DNA of 64,000 nucleotides from Tubiluchus corallicola (lineage: Eukaryota; Animalia; Priapulida): the NCBI GenBank assembly GCA_030141605.1, contig JAQGDQ010000059.1, forward strand, positions 186,001-250,000, written 5' to 3'. Shown here piece by piece: positions 51,643 through 64,000 of the stretch (position 1 is the first letter of the stretch; every line of letters begins with the position of its first letter). The position numbers were made by a program, and so were the translations under genes. The notes under the pieces are model-generated. The model did no database searches. It saw nothing but the letters and a program-made list of their open reading frames with translations, and had not been told where the DNA came from.

Positions 51643-52845
51643 TGTTACAGGCAATTTATAAACTTTAAATATTTTAGATATTTTATAAAATTCCTGTACA
51701 TTTTATATGATACTTATGCATTTCAAGGAAAGTGTGAAATAAATGTTTTTACTACGGCTTTTTCACACTTGATCTAGATGTTTTTAACAATACCTAGGAC
51801 CTGTACAGAATGCGTAAAGTGACTTTAAACAATTGCGTGTTAATTTAAACGTTCCTAGATATTTTCTACACTACCTAGGTATTGTATAGAATGTATACAA
51901 CGACATAGTCATTGTATTAAATTTAGCAACAATTCAAGTCAAGGTTGAGTTAATCGTTTTATTGGCGGTAGATGCAGCATCAGCATATCTGATATGCCGC
52001 TTGACCAGACGGTCCATTTTCCATACATGGGAAGCCTGCTGTCCAACAAATGCCCTTCCAAAAAAGGCGCGGCCGAATGAACAGCTCACGTGGCTTTTGA
52101 GAAACTTACTTAATGATAAGGCTATCGTCTCTCAACCTTGCTCTGTTGCTGCAAAGCTTGGACCCTTTATTGTCGTGACAACAAAAAGCTTGAACCTTTC
52201 TATCAGCAAAAGCTTCGCTCTATTCTGTATATCAAGTGCAAACAGGAATCAAAGTTAAAACATTGGAAAACCAGGCGCAGCAGCATTTCAGCTAACATCG
52301 GATCACCCAGAATATCGAAGACGAAAGGAGAAGAGAAGAAAAAACAGCAACAGTTCAAGATCAACATTCGACAAGGTTAACCATTCCCTCTGCCATCTCT
52401 CGAATGCCGTTTGTGTCGTTGAATATTTCATGCACGATTTGTTCTCCTAAGACATCAATGTCATCACCTGAGAGGAAGAACGACATTGGGAGGAAGTTAA
52501 ATTCTCGGACAAAAGAAACGAATTTGCAAGCACATTAAAACACGGTTTTTACAGACATTCCTAAATTTTAATTGGCATTATATACTGAATGCCCAAGAAA
52601 ATTACAGCAAAAACATCTGACCATTTGTTTTATTTTTATATTAACTGAAATCTACAGAACATTCTATAAAATGCCCAGGAAAAGTGCACCCGAAATCTAA
52701 AAATTATATACAATTTGCCTAAGCAATCTTTTGCATTATATATAATGCCTAGGAAAAGTAGTGGAGAAATTAGTTCAAACATTTTACATGGTTTGTTTTG
52801 GCACTCCATAAAATGCCTAGGCATTTATATAGAATGCCTGTAACA
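51643..52845. mobile_element. Foldback-like TIR element with inverted subterminal repeat arrays, interrupted by a LINE fragment
   Basis: TA|TGTTACAGGCAATTTATA ... TATAGAATGCCTGTAACA|TA; CCTAGG-type subrepeats at 51690-51895 and, inverted, at 52580-52830. Confidence 0.65.
51960..52510 (+). mobile_element. Decayed RTE-like LINE ORF2 3' fragment
   Basis: ORF 52138..52380 (CKAWTLYCRDNKKLEPFYQQKLRSILYIK) resembles the CETWT...KLE.FHQRCLR.IL.IKW motif; decayed C2H2-like CRLCR*IFHARFVLLRH at about 52405. Confidence 0.7.
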
Positions 52846-53562
52846 TACACATAAGACTTGCATATTCTCACATAATTATTAGAAGCACGAAAACAGTCTT
52901 ATGTGAGTCATAATGTGACACAATTTTTTGCTGTCCCAATTTGAGGTAATGGACAAGCTGGACATTAAGCCAGGTACCTAGATATTAAGCACTGCCTTTA
53001 ATATTTTTAGTTGTTTTACAACAAGCAGTAAGCAGAGCTAATAGCAACTGCTGTAGTGATAAATGATAGAATAGAGTTTACTGTCAGCAAGCAAGTACAT
53101 ATATACAAGATACATATTACAATTCAGAAAAATTTCTTTGCGAATATTAGTATTCATCCTGAAGGTAATTTTGCCCAGTCGTAAAGGGTGCTTTAAAGGC
53201 AGTGAATTAAATTTCATAATCACTTTTTAAAACAATAAGTCATTAAAACTGCAGATAATTATAGGCTTGCAGCTTTTGAACATGTAGTGGGTATGGCACG
53301 AATTACTGAGTGTACAGAAGTGTTAGAGAAAAATTCCGCAAGGGTATGGGAGTTGGAGAGAAAGTGAAAGTCGTTAATTAGCTTCATTAGTGCTGATAAA
53401 CTGTGGAAACTCGTCACCAACTCATTTGTTCTTTCCATAAAATTTCTACTGCGCAGACCTCTGCGGAAAAGACAGTATCGCAGCATAACAATTTAGTTAT
53501 TAAGCTGTACTGCTAGAATAATTAGTAGTGAAATGGCCTGTGCAATATTGCATGTGCTGCCC

Positions 53563-53598
53563 AGAGAGAGAGACGAGAGACGAGAGACGAGAGACGAG

Positions 53599-53670
<72 letters not shown>

Positions 53671-53774
53671 TAAGCTGCATTTTGAATTGTGGAGTAGAAG
53701 GCTTGATGCAAAAATTTACCGAGAATATTATACGCGAGTAAAAGTGTGTGTGTGTGTGTGTGTGTGTGTGTCTT

Positions 53775-53824
<50 letters not shown>
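53563..53824. repeat. Compound microsatellite: (GAGAGAC)n/(GA)n, spacer, (GT)n, (GA)n
   Basis: Seen directly; accounts for ORFs 53522..53851, 53528..54007 and 53728..53946. Confidence 0.95.
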
Positions 53825-53829
<5 letters not shown>

Positions 53830-54230
53830 AAGAGGAGAGGGAGTGAAACATTTTCTGGAAGAAACGATAAAATTCACGTTTGAAGCATGCATGTGTAATA
53901 ATTGGAAACCAATGAATAAAATCTTAGAAAATATAAAACGAAACACTGCTTCAAGGCATCAAATCGATAAAACTTCTTTATCATATTATTTTCAAACAGG
54001 CAAATAAATGCAAGTTGGCGTATCATTATTATTCAGCAAGGAGCGGACATCCTGCCAGTTGAAGAAAGCTGGATGATTTTGACAGCAATGTCACATGAAA
54101 TTTGTTTAAAGCATTAATCTCGTCAAATGTAAAACATTATGAAAAGAAATACTGAATAAAAGTGGTTGAACACGAGATGCATGTCACCAATATTTTGAAA
54201 GGGCGAGTATTAGAGAATAATACATTTCAA

Positions 54231-54419
54231 AGTGACAGAGAAAAGGAGAAAGAGAAAGAAATACAGAAATAGAGTGGGAAAGAGGAGGTAGGAAGAGGGA
54301 GAGGGAGAGCGAGAGAGAGTGAGAGAGAGAGAAGGGGTGAAATGGGAGACAGAGAGGGTAGGAAAAATGGAGAAAAACAAAGAGAGAAAGAGAGGAGAGA
54401 GAAAGGGGTAAGAAAGAGT
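54231..54419. repeat. Purine-rich low-complexity tract
   Basis: About 190 nt that are almost entirely A/G on the plus strand. Confidence 0.85.
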
Positions 54420-57400
54420 GGAATTCAGCATGAACAGTATGATGAAGTTACCAATTTGTTGTAATAAACAGTAATAGACATCAGCGCAAAGGAACCGAAT
54501 TTTAGCCAAGATAATTTGTGTTTTGTACTTCCTGTTGTATACTCACGAGCATTGCCGTTGATTCAGTTAGTCGAGCGAGATGAACAACTTACTCTGATCA
54601 TTCTTCCAAATGTTCCGAATCGCCAGTAAATGTTTGATCTACAGATAAACTCGTTTACTGATCGAAACAACGGTAAATACGAACTGAACGGTGAACACAG
54701 AAGCTAGGAAATATTCTAATGAAACTGTTTTACGTTCTTTGATCTCAAGACTCAGTGAAGTATACGTCCCAGAGATAACGACAAGTAGGTGAAGTAACAT
54801 CTTCAAAATTTGTAATTAACACAGAACATTGTTAGCTTGATAGGATATCTGGCTTACTAGCAAATATTAAATAACCCTTGCTTTTTGAAAATTCAAAATC
54901 TTACATTTTTGTATTACTGATTATTGGATTATTGTAGGATTTCCTATTACTGCGTATTGGAAATACATGCACTGAAAATACCGTATTCTGGGTCTACATG
55001 TTTAAATACTCTATCGTACCGCCGTATGTGCCTCATGCAGTAGTAATGTACTTTTTTCAATTATATATATATATATATATATGCACTTTTAAGTGTTATT
55101 AATAAAACAGTTATTAATATTATTTATAAGACACACACCTCTGCTGGTATGTATAACATACGTGTATGGAAGTTAAAAGTTGATTTCCACAAAATTGCAT
55201 TTTATAGTAGTGTAGACCTATACAGTATAAATTTCCACTTACACTCGCAACATCTATCCACACGATAAATTTTTGCATTCACAATTCTAAATGCAACTTA
55301 AACTCTCTCTCTGGGAAACACAGTATTGCATAGGCTAATTCACTGCTAATTGTTTTAGCAGAACAGCTTAATAACTAAATTGTTACTCTGTTGTCTTTTC
55401 CTAAGAGGCTGTGTAGTTGAAATTTTATGGAATGAACAAATGGACTGGCGACGAATTTTCCACAGTTCATTAGCGCTAATGAAGCAAATTAAGAAAATTC
55501 TCCTGCTGCTTGTGCCCTGCGTGAATATAAAAGAAAATCTGATGCAGTAAAATATCTTGACAAGAGGAAGTTTTCAGACACGTCGGAAAGAACAAACTAG
55601 ATAGAAGTGCCATTCTGACACTACAGAGCACAGCAGTCACTGCAAACAAAAATTGATTTTTAATAATGACATCGCAAAGTCAAAGGTAAATATGACGTAT
55701 TTGGATGGCGTCTAAGTTAAAATTTTCGCTTGCGCAGAAATAAATGGCGTGCTGCCAAAAAATATTATTCAAGCTAGTACATTTAATTCGCCCGAAGATA
55801 TTAACATTGTCGTTTTTGCAACGCAAAACGTTTTTGAAATATTCCCATTCCTTTAATAAGTAACTTACGGACTTTTTGAGATTCCTAGTGAATGTATTAC
55901 TTAATGGAATATCAGTGTATGACGATCGAAATTGTTTCTTCTGGAACCCCAATTTAGTGATACTCACAAAACATGTCTATTTGGAAATTCAGTCTTCCAG
56001 GACCATTTTTAAAAAGATTTAAAAAAAGCTTATTAGTGTGTATAGATGTCATTTGTATATTAGTCACAAATCTATCGAAACTGCTTGACAGACTCATTTA
56101 TTGGGATCGAAACTGATTTTATCAGTCACTGATGGGAGTTCGAGACACTAATCGTGAGCAACATAAGATTTGCAGACAAGGCAGTGACTATATAACATTA
56201 TAGCTAAGGCTATGGAATATAAGCCTACGTACGTATGCATAATTGTTATTTAGCGTAAAATGCATGCACTGCGTCTTACCCGCATGTCCAGGATTTCCGG
56301 TCTGGCCTTTCTTTGTCAATGCAGTAACAGCGGTTACTGGAACTCTTATTGCCCATTGTTCACATCACTTGTCTTTACAAGAACACATTTGGTTTTCTTG
56401 TAGTCTTTCTCCATAACAAAGTTGCGTGAATTATTTCAATGTTAAAACTTTCATAATTATGCACTATGTAGTCTTGTTAGGTGGTTTTCACACTTTTATC
56501 TAAGCAACAGACCAATCTTCCATTTCCCTCAAAAAGTACGACAACTCTCATGGACACAAAGTCCACAGTCACAACGACTTCGATCCACTTAGTTTACCAA
56601 CAGGGTTTTCACTTTCTAATTTTGAAGCCAATTTCGAATTCCTCGCGTGTGCCACGAGCATTTGTATTCCTTTCTCAAGACATCCATTCTCACGCAATTT
56701 GACAGGCAACTGACTACCAATCTGTGGGCCTACAAGACGATTAACGTTTTTAAACTGAAAATAGCTTGAGTGGAAAATATGACCAGGAAACAAGTTTGCT
56801 GTGACGTTGTCTATTTTTATTTAAACGTTGTTTTTTTTCATTGTCTTCAGTAACAATGAACTGAACTGAACATTGAACTGATACAATACTAAAATACTAA
56901 TGAATGTGATACATAATATTAACATGATAGCCTACATTAACAGCATGCCAGTTCATCGGTAGGTTGGTAACAACCAATTTTTATTGTAAATGTAAGCAAC
57001 CAAAGCTCCACCTACTGTGACAATATACGCATGCATGAAGTCTGCAAAGAACTAATATTAAATAATTACTTATGTAACGCGTGTAAATGCTAGGGACCGG
57101 GGCAGTTCTGCGCTAGAAAAATCATACAATTTTAGGAATCAGGACTGAAAGCATTTCCAGCATTTAATCAAGTGCATAACAGTACAATGGTATGCACATT
57201 TCCTACAGAACACGAGTGTTTCCTATTATTGATAGACTTCTGGCAGAGATTCTCTATAGAACAGTACTAACAATTAGTTAGACTGGTTTGACAAACACTG
57301 CGTTCATTACAAGCGCAAACAGAAGCGTATAGATTCTGGCACAAAATCAACATGTCTAACATTAAGCATGGGCAAGTTCGATTGGCTTCGGAGCGAGACG

Positions 57401-58991
57401 TCAATGCTAATGAATGACTGTTCTATGCGTGCATTCTCTCGCTTTATTTTCCCATCTGCACTGTACACCATTCTAGATAAAGGCCAACAAACTTTCTCTG
57501 GCCACAGCGAATTTCAGTTGGTTTATGTTTCAAGACTTGCTAATCTAGTGAGACAACTGCAAAAAGCAAAGCCGGCCCTGTAAATAGCATAATTTTCAGG
57601 ATAACAATCAATAGTGTGTAAACAAAATAATTACACTACTGTACAATTAAATTGTGTTCTAAGTCAAATTCGAGGAATAATAGAAAGAACGCTTGTTTTA
57701 ATTAGGCCTATAAAGGGTTTTCACAATCAGATGAAAACTGTGATACTAACAGAGATACGTGTACATAAAAACTGTTTTACCAAAAAAACCGACCACCCAA
57801 CTCAGGGCAAAACAATGACTGTCACTACCATAATTGAAATTGAAATTTAAATCTAAAAATCTTTCTATATATTTTAAGCACTGCTATTAACTTTAGAAGG
57901 GCTAGTGATACTCTACGTTAATAAGTTAACATTATGCATTTTTTTCGTGCATTTTTCATTTTTTGCTATGCATATCTGATTATGTGCTGCGCACTTTTGA
58001 TTTTTTTCTGTGCACATTCGATTGTTGGCTGTGTACTATTGAGTTTTCAAAAGGTGTAGAAAATAGTGACTGTTACAACTCCTAAAACGTTCATTAATAA
58101 ATGAAAAAGAGAAAACGAAATTTTCAAATTTTCTTGAATTATTCTGATTGTTTGTTTACTACTATATTGCACATGTATTACTCCATAAATAGACACGCGA
58201 CTGTTATGCATAATTGTTTCTTATGCTGCCTGCAGCTTATGAAAAGGATTACTACAGCCATTTTGCTGAGCAGTGGATTAGACAAATCGTCTTTCGTAAT
58301 CCTCTTCAATGCAAACCAAAAACTGCACTATCTATAATGGTCAGTAGTAATCCATTAATGTTGATGTCACCACATTTGTTTAATCTCGTCGTGCTGGGTC
58401 ATTCCACAGTCTATCGAAAAACCCTGGAGTGTCTTCCCAAATCCCAGCTAACTACAAAAATTGAACTTTTCGGCTAGAGTAGGAAATCTAGGTGGCTTGA
58501 TCTGGGATACTAAATTCGTGCATTTTTTGTAGTCAGTTATAATCACTGTTCACTACACGAAATAGTAAAGTCCACACTATTTAAGTAAAACTAAGTTTTT
58601 TCTACTAAACCGATGCAAAAATTATGTAATCTAAATAAAAATAAGCGCCACCAAGTAAACTCCAAATCATTCACCCTCCCTCTACTGATCTGCTGGTACA
58701 GGCCCCGAATAAAATATGTTTTTCGAGTACACTGATTCGAAACACCTTATTCATTTCCCAATAAGCTTATAAAATTATTTCCCAGTAAGCTTATAAATGG
58801 TTTCATTTCCATTAAATTTAAAGTGATTTCAGGTGTATTGACTACGTGAATTATCCTCACAGTCCGGCAAAAATATTGGTAGTAGTCAGCTGTACACTAA
58901 TGCTTTCTTTTCATTTAACCTATTCAAGACTTATGAAAGTACCTTCTGATTTTTTATCTATAATACAATGATAGCAAACCAAAAGTAAATG

Positions 58992-60011
58992 TTTTTATCG
59001 TCACAGATCTAGGAGAACCCCTGACGCTTATTTTTCATCGTTTCGTTATGTTAGGTATCCAATTTTCCACTTTGTAATTATATTAACTCCGAGAGGGCTG
59101 CAGCGTGAAATTTACAAGGTAGCTGCCCGAGGTAGGGGCCAGCAAAGGGATCTGACGAAGGGGACAGGAAGGTGTATGTACGACACAACTAAAATTCTGT
59201 AACTCTACAACTATAATAACTATTGCCTCGAAACTTGCAAAGAAACAAACGGTGGTAAGAACTCAGACAATAGTTTTTCATTAAAAAAATTGGCACTGTT
59301 AAATTGCCCGAGATAGGAGTTAAAAAGTTCCAATATGGGCATCCAGTTTTAATTCACGTTAACTTACAAAAGCAAGGAGCTAACGAAACGAGGGAAGATA
59401 ACTGGAGTAGGGACCTTGAAAGTAATGTGATGAACCACTGACCTTGGTTAAAAAGTCAAGGATACTGGACAGCGGTCAGTTTTTCGATTGCCATTCAACT
59501 CCTCCAAGGGCTTGGAGTTAAATTCAACATTTTTTCGCAGGTACTGTGTTTAGGTATTGCAAAGCAGGTGTGAACCGGGCTTTTAAAAAACTGGGATTTT
59601 TAAGGTCCTAGATAGGAGCCAAAATGCATAACATTGAATAGCTGTAAAACTGTAGTAACCAGAGTCACCAAACTTGCTGGGTAAATACATGGAGCTGTGG
59701 TCCGGGTTCAAATAATTTTAAAATTGGGATATTTAAGGGCCTAAGGTAGGAGCCACTTGCAGGGTAAACACCCGGAGTAGGGGCTCAGACAAAAATGTAG
59801 ACAAAAATGAATAGAAAATAAAAAACCTCGGAATGTTTACAGGTCCGAGACAAGAGCCAAGATGTGAAAATGTGAAAGGTGTAAACAGCTTTGCCCTCAA
59901 TTCGCAACATTAATGACTACAAAATCATAGTTTTTCAAAATCAAAACATTTATAACTCCAAAATCGGAGTCACGAAATTTCAAATTATTTATGAGCATCG
60001 TGCACACTAGT
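58992..60011 (+). mobile_element. Helitron/Helentron-like non-autonomous element with degenerate internal tandem subrepeats
   Basis: TTAAAA..TGGGAT.TTTAAGG.CC.AGATAGGAGCC-like blocks recur at 59281, 59582, 59717 and 59819; T-run start; ends CTAG-T at 60007-60011. Confidence 0.45.
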
Positions 60012-60509
60012 TAATCATGCTTGAGCGTAATAATCTACAAGTATTGACATTAGTTAACCACACTCGACTGGATATAATCAGGCGTAAACACGGTCACGGC
60101 GTTAAGCTTGGAACTGAAATTCATTCGGTCTTGTTATTATTATTTTTTACTTTATCGTAAGGTAGCCTAACTTCTTAATGTTAAGTAATGTGTCCCGTCC
60201 GCTAAGTCCCTAAAAATGTAACTAGATGTGGCCATTAACCCCAAAGTGCACACTGTGCAAATATTTACAAAACCAAAATTTCTTGCCTAGTATCTACTCC
60301 CACATCTGTGTACTTAAGTAGCTTAAGTCCTGCATTTTAAGATATGTGTTTTTTGTCAGTACAAAGTATAACAATAATTGGAATTTCAATCCAGCACGTG
60401 CCTTGTTTGCTGATAAAAATGTTGAGCAGTGCGGACTCCCGTGGAAGTACATGTACATGGGCTGTCTTTCGAAGCTGCTGTATTGTATGCATTTTTACAG
60501 TTGTATTAA

Positions 60510-60859
60510 ATCCCAGACTAGAACGAAAGAAATCTGGAAAAACTGCCAAGAAAGTAGTTGTAAACGGAGAAGGGAAAAGAAGCGAAGACGAAGAGGAGAA
60601 AGCTTTTCTCTTTACATATACAAAGTGTTGAAGCAAGTTCATTCTAGCATTCAAGTAAAGCTGTGCGTGTAATGAACAATATTGTCAATGACATCTTTGA
60701 ACGTCTTGCAGCTACCAATATTGTCAAGCACATTAAAAGGAGTACTCTCAGTAGCAGAGCAATTCAAACTGCAGTTCGTTTACTCCTTCTGTTGAATTGT
60801 CTAAGCCTGCTTTCAGCAAGGGCACCAAAACCGTGACTAACTACACCATATCTGCATAG
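60510..60859 (+). pseudogene. H2B: Histone H2B pseudogene (orphon) with frameshifts and deletions; no ATG seen
   Basis: Fragments in different frames, KSGKTAKK / RRRRGESFSLYIYKVLKQVH / [20 protein letters not shown] / [18 protein letters not shown] / [24 protein letters not shown], are colinear with canonical H2B. Confidence 0.9.
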
Positions 60860-60889
60860 AACGTTTCCCTGTTGACAATATAACCAACC

Positions 60890-60925
60890 GGCCCTTTTCA
60901 GGGCTACCAAATTGTCAGGAAGAAA
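60890..60925 (+). other. Replication-dependent histone mRNA 3' stem-loop plus purine-rich downstream element
   Basis: GGCCCTTTTCAGGGCT at 60890-60905, followed by ACCAA and then AGGAAGAAA at 60917-60925. Confidence 0.85.
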
Positions 60926-63019
60926 ACTCTGATTTGCTTGCTGGCATCAAAAGTTACCCAGATAGGTTTATAATACGAACCTTATACAATTTCGCAGTGT
61001 CAAAATGTTGGTTTACTACGCCATATACGCTAGTTCACATCACTGAAACATTAAAAGATTTATACATCACCACATAAACAGCTTGCATTGCAACTTACAA
61101 CCAATGATAGTTTTCATCGTTAAAGAAGTGTCAACTTTCTCGTAAACACAATAATAATGCTAGCGGGTCTTGTGGCTTCTTCAACAGCTACTGTGTAATA
61201 AGTACACGCTAATGAGTCACTGTGAGCTACGAGCATGCCAAGCAATATTGCTAGGCTTCATCTGCCAAAAACATTCAAGTCCGCGGCGCTTGCTCAGTCT
61301 ACACGTAAATAAGTAGTTCATAGGGGTGGCGGGAATAGAGTACAAGTAGACCTGGGTTTAATCATTTATTTCCGCCACAGACCGAGTGATATGCATGTAT
61401 ATCCGAATGTGGCAATGAGATCTGCCAGTTCAGTTTCTCGGCTTAGGTGAGTATCTTTGATGATGATGTGGCCGGTCCTGCCACAGCCATTAACATAATT
61501 AGGCGTCCATGTCTGCAAGATGCCAGTTTGTTCAGTAATGACAGTATACACATATTTTCTGGCCTCATTTATGGTTTTTAAACTGTAAATACGTGCATTA
61601 GTCTTCTAGTTCTAGTCAACTTATGAGTCTTACTTTTAAAATCTGATGCTGCTAAGGCAGACAAGTTAATAATATCTAACCCGAAACAGAAAAGCGGTAA
61701 TCTCTACACAATGAAATGCTCTAAACTGCACTGCTTGTATGAGCACGAGTTATTTTTGAGCAAGTTTAAATTTCAAATGAACTAAGATATTGGAATATAG
61801 TTTCATCGAAGACGTGTGCCTGTTGTAATATGTTGTAAGACATAGAATTTTTTACAGTTCGACACATGGCAAGTCAGAATCAATGTTAAATAATTGTGGC
61901 TGGACCGGCGTCTATCACATGATCAGGGATAGCTCCTTTAAGCTCTAGCAAAAAATTACGGAATGAAAAAATGAACGAAAAGACGTGCAAGCAAACAAAC
62001 AAGCTAACGGAATCCGTTCTATAGTGCGCTAGTGTGTACCTTGTGGCCTCGTTTAACTTTTCGGTTGACTTCCATGGGTCCACTTTTCTTACTTCCACAC
62101 GTACAAGCCAAAATTTGACGTAAATGTCGATATAGTTTGACATTTCCTCGCTTAGAATGCCTGGGACGAGATGATTAGAAAATTTACGATATGATTTTCT
62201 ACGAAGAGATGAAAGTAATGGTGATGCGAGGGCTGCAGCTGCGGATATGGGCATCCTATATCATAGATAATTTCACGCAAAAATGACTAAATGTACATGG
62301 TTGTCAATGTTACGTTGTAAATGAAAACATACAAATAGGGGCCATGTTCATTGTAAAACTACAATAGTAAAACGTTAGGGTTAACAAAAAAAACAAGCAG
62401 ACAGGGGATTATGAGTATATCGCAGCTGTTTCGAAAGTTAATTTGCAGCTTTTTAATCAAAGCAGCCGCCAGATACAGCTAATAACAGAGTTTCAATGCA
62501 CTTGGGGCCTTTATCGCTGGCTGAAAGACTGCTTCCGGACTATAGACAACATCTCTTCATGTTGGCTTAGGCACAATCTTGCATACTGCAGTGAAATGCA
62601 GTGTATCTGTGAGCAGAAGACGAGCTAATCTAATTATAAGAAGTGGAACTGAAGCCATATACGCATTACTCAGGCTTTACTCTGGCGCTTCTTTTCAAGT
62701 AATATGAGCTTTACTCGCCGGTCACGTACTCTAGGCTGGGAACTTATAGAGAAAGTCTAACGCAAATATATAACGTAATATATATATATTGTAACAAACA
62801 AAAACAAAATGAAGAACTTTTGTTATGAAATGGGTGCTAAATGCTTCAGGCATAATCAGCATCAAAATAGAAAAGCCCATTGCAAAGAGAAGTTGAACAG
62901 ACAACAGAAATTGTTTGAAATAGTTATGAAAATATAACTAAAATGAATTATACGTTGTTTTAAGGACAACATTTCTTGTTTTGTATATGAATGTCCTTGA
63001 ATTTGCCACTCGAATTGGC

Positions 63020-63056
63020 ATTATTATTATTATTGCTGTTGTTGTTGCTGTTGTTG

Positions 63057-63127
<71 letters not shown>

Positions 63128-63142
63128 GCTGTTGTTTGTTGT

Positions 63143-63176
<34 letters not shown>

Positions 63177-63188
63177 GTTATTATTATT
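63020..63188. repeat. Compound (TTA)n/(TTG)n microsatellite
   Basis: Seen directly; accounts for ORFs 62981..63268 and 62991..63248. Confidence 0.95.
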
Positions 63189-64000
63189 CAAGATTTTGGA
63201 CAATGCCAACTACAAAACAATGGAAAGGCGAGCAAACAGACAAAATAAATTATAGCACGTCAAATTAATGATATTAAATTAAATAGTACGTTTATGCAAC
63301 AAAGTAAGTAAACATTGCAAACGCCACCTAGCCTATTCGGTCCAGTTTACTTAAGGTTAGTTTTCTCATTAAACTTTAATTGATTCAACGCTTGGTAAAT
63401 ATTACAAGACAAGAGATGTTATAGTAACATAAACAGAGAAGACAAACATAAGGCTGTACAATTGGGAAGAGATGTTATTCGGAGCGCAAATTAACAGTTG
63501 ATTCAATTGATTCTACTGGCAAACCATTTACTAAAAAAATTTGTGAACCATACACAGAAACAGTAAAAAGCCCGACTAAAATAGCGAATGAAAATAGAGT
63601 TTTCTGCACAATCACACTTTAAGTTAATATCACCAACAGTAAGGATAATCAGAGAAGTTGTTCCAAAAATATCCATATAACTGGTTCTAGTTCAGCAAAA
63701 ATTCAGTATATTAAACCCTCCTGTTATAAGTAACGTTTTCTGACGATGCGACCGGGAAAGTCCCTCCAAGCAGAAAAAGGTGCTTAATTTCTTACTAAAT
63801 TCCACACACAAGAACACAACCACCGGCGTGCACACATCTCGACAAAGACATTTGGACACAAGACGTTAAACCACAAAACATGTGAATACATAGGTAATAT
63901 GGACACTAACTATCAGACCGACATTTTCGCACGGTGCCAGACGATAAATACACACATTTCAGATTTTACACATTACGGTTTAACACGGCTTCAAATCTTT

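Noticed and set aside
53522-54509. ORFs with RERERE, SLSLSL and THTH runs
   Set aside because: Translations of microsatellites and the purine-rich tract
45770-56793. Other candidate FRMPD4 first exons (near 45.8 kb, 54.6 kb and 56.6-56.8 kb)
   Set aside because: No ATG-initiated open frame ending at a credible phase-2 donor, and no WW-like sequence
62981-63268. Poly-Ile/Leu/Val/Cys ORFs
   Set aside because: Trinucleotide microsatellite

Overview
This is AT-rich (roughly one-third GC by eye), intron-rich animal DNA, most likely from an invertebrate; there is no prokaryotic content and no CRISPR array. Three spliced genes can be built by hand with GT-AG boundaries and consistent phases. (1) A complete 14-coding-exon SLC38A10/SNAT10-like amino-acid transporter on the minus strand (12857-244, about 1000 aa) with a long acidic, glutamine-rich tail. 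(2) PAM16/Magmas/Tim16 on the plus strand (21789-23666); its ATG-bearing exon is not securely located. (3) A FRMPD4/Preso-like WW-PDZ-FERM scaffold on the minus strand (41390-25716, 13 exons, over 1530 aa) whose first coding exon lies further upstream. There is also a frameshifted histone H2B orphon that retains its 3' stem-loop (about 60510-60925), LINE fragments (CR1/L2-like and RTE-like), several TIR MITEs, a Helitron-like repeat and microsatellites. I found no convincing new biological system. The best leads are small RNA-level features: an H/ACA-like structure in a putative divergent non-coding transcript, a candidate poison exon in SLC38A10, and a strand-asymmetric intronic hairpin in FRMPD4. 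All homology calls come from recall of family sequences, not from database searches.
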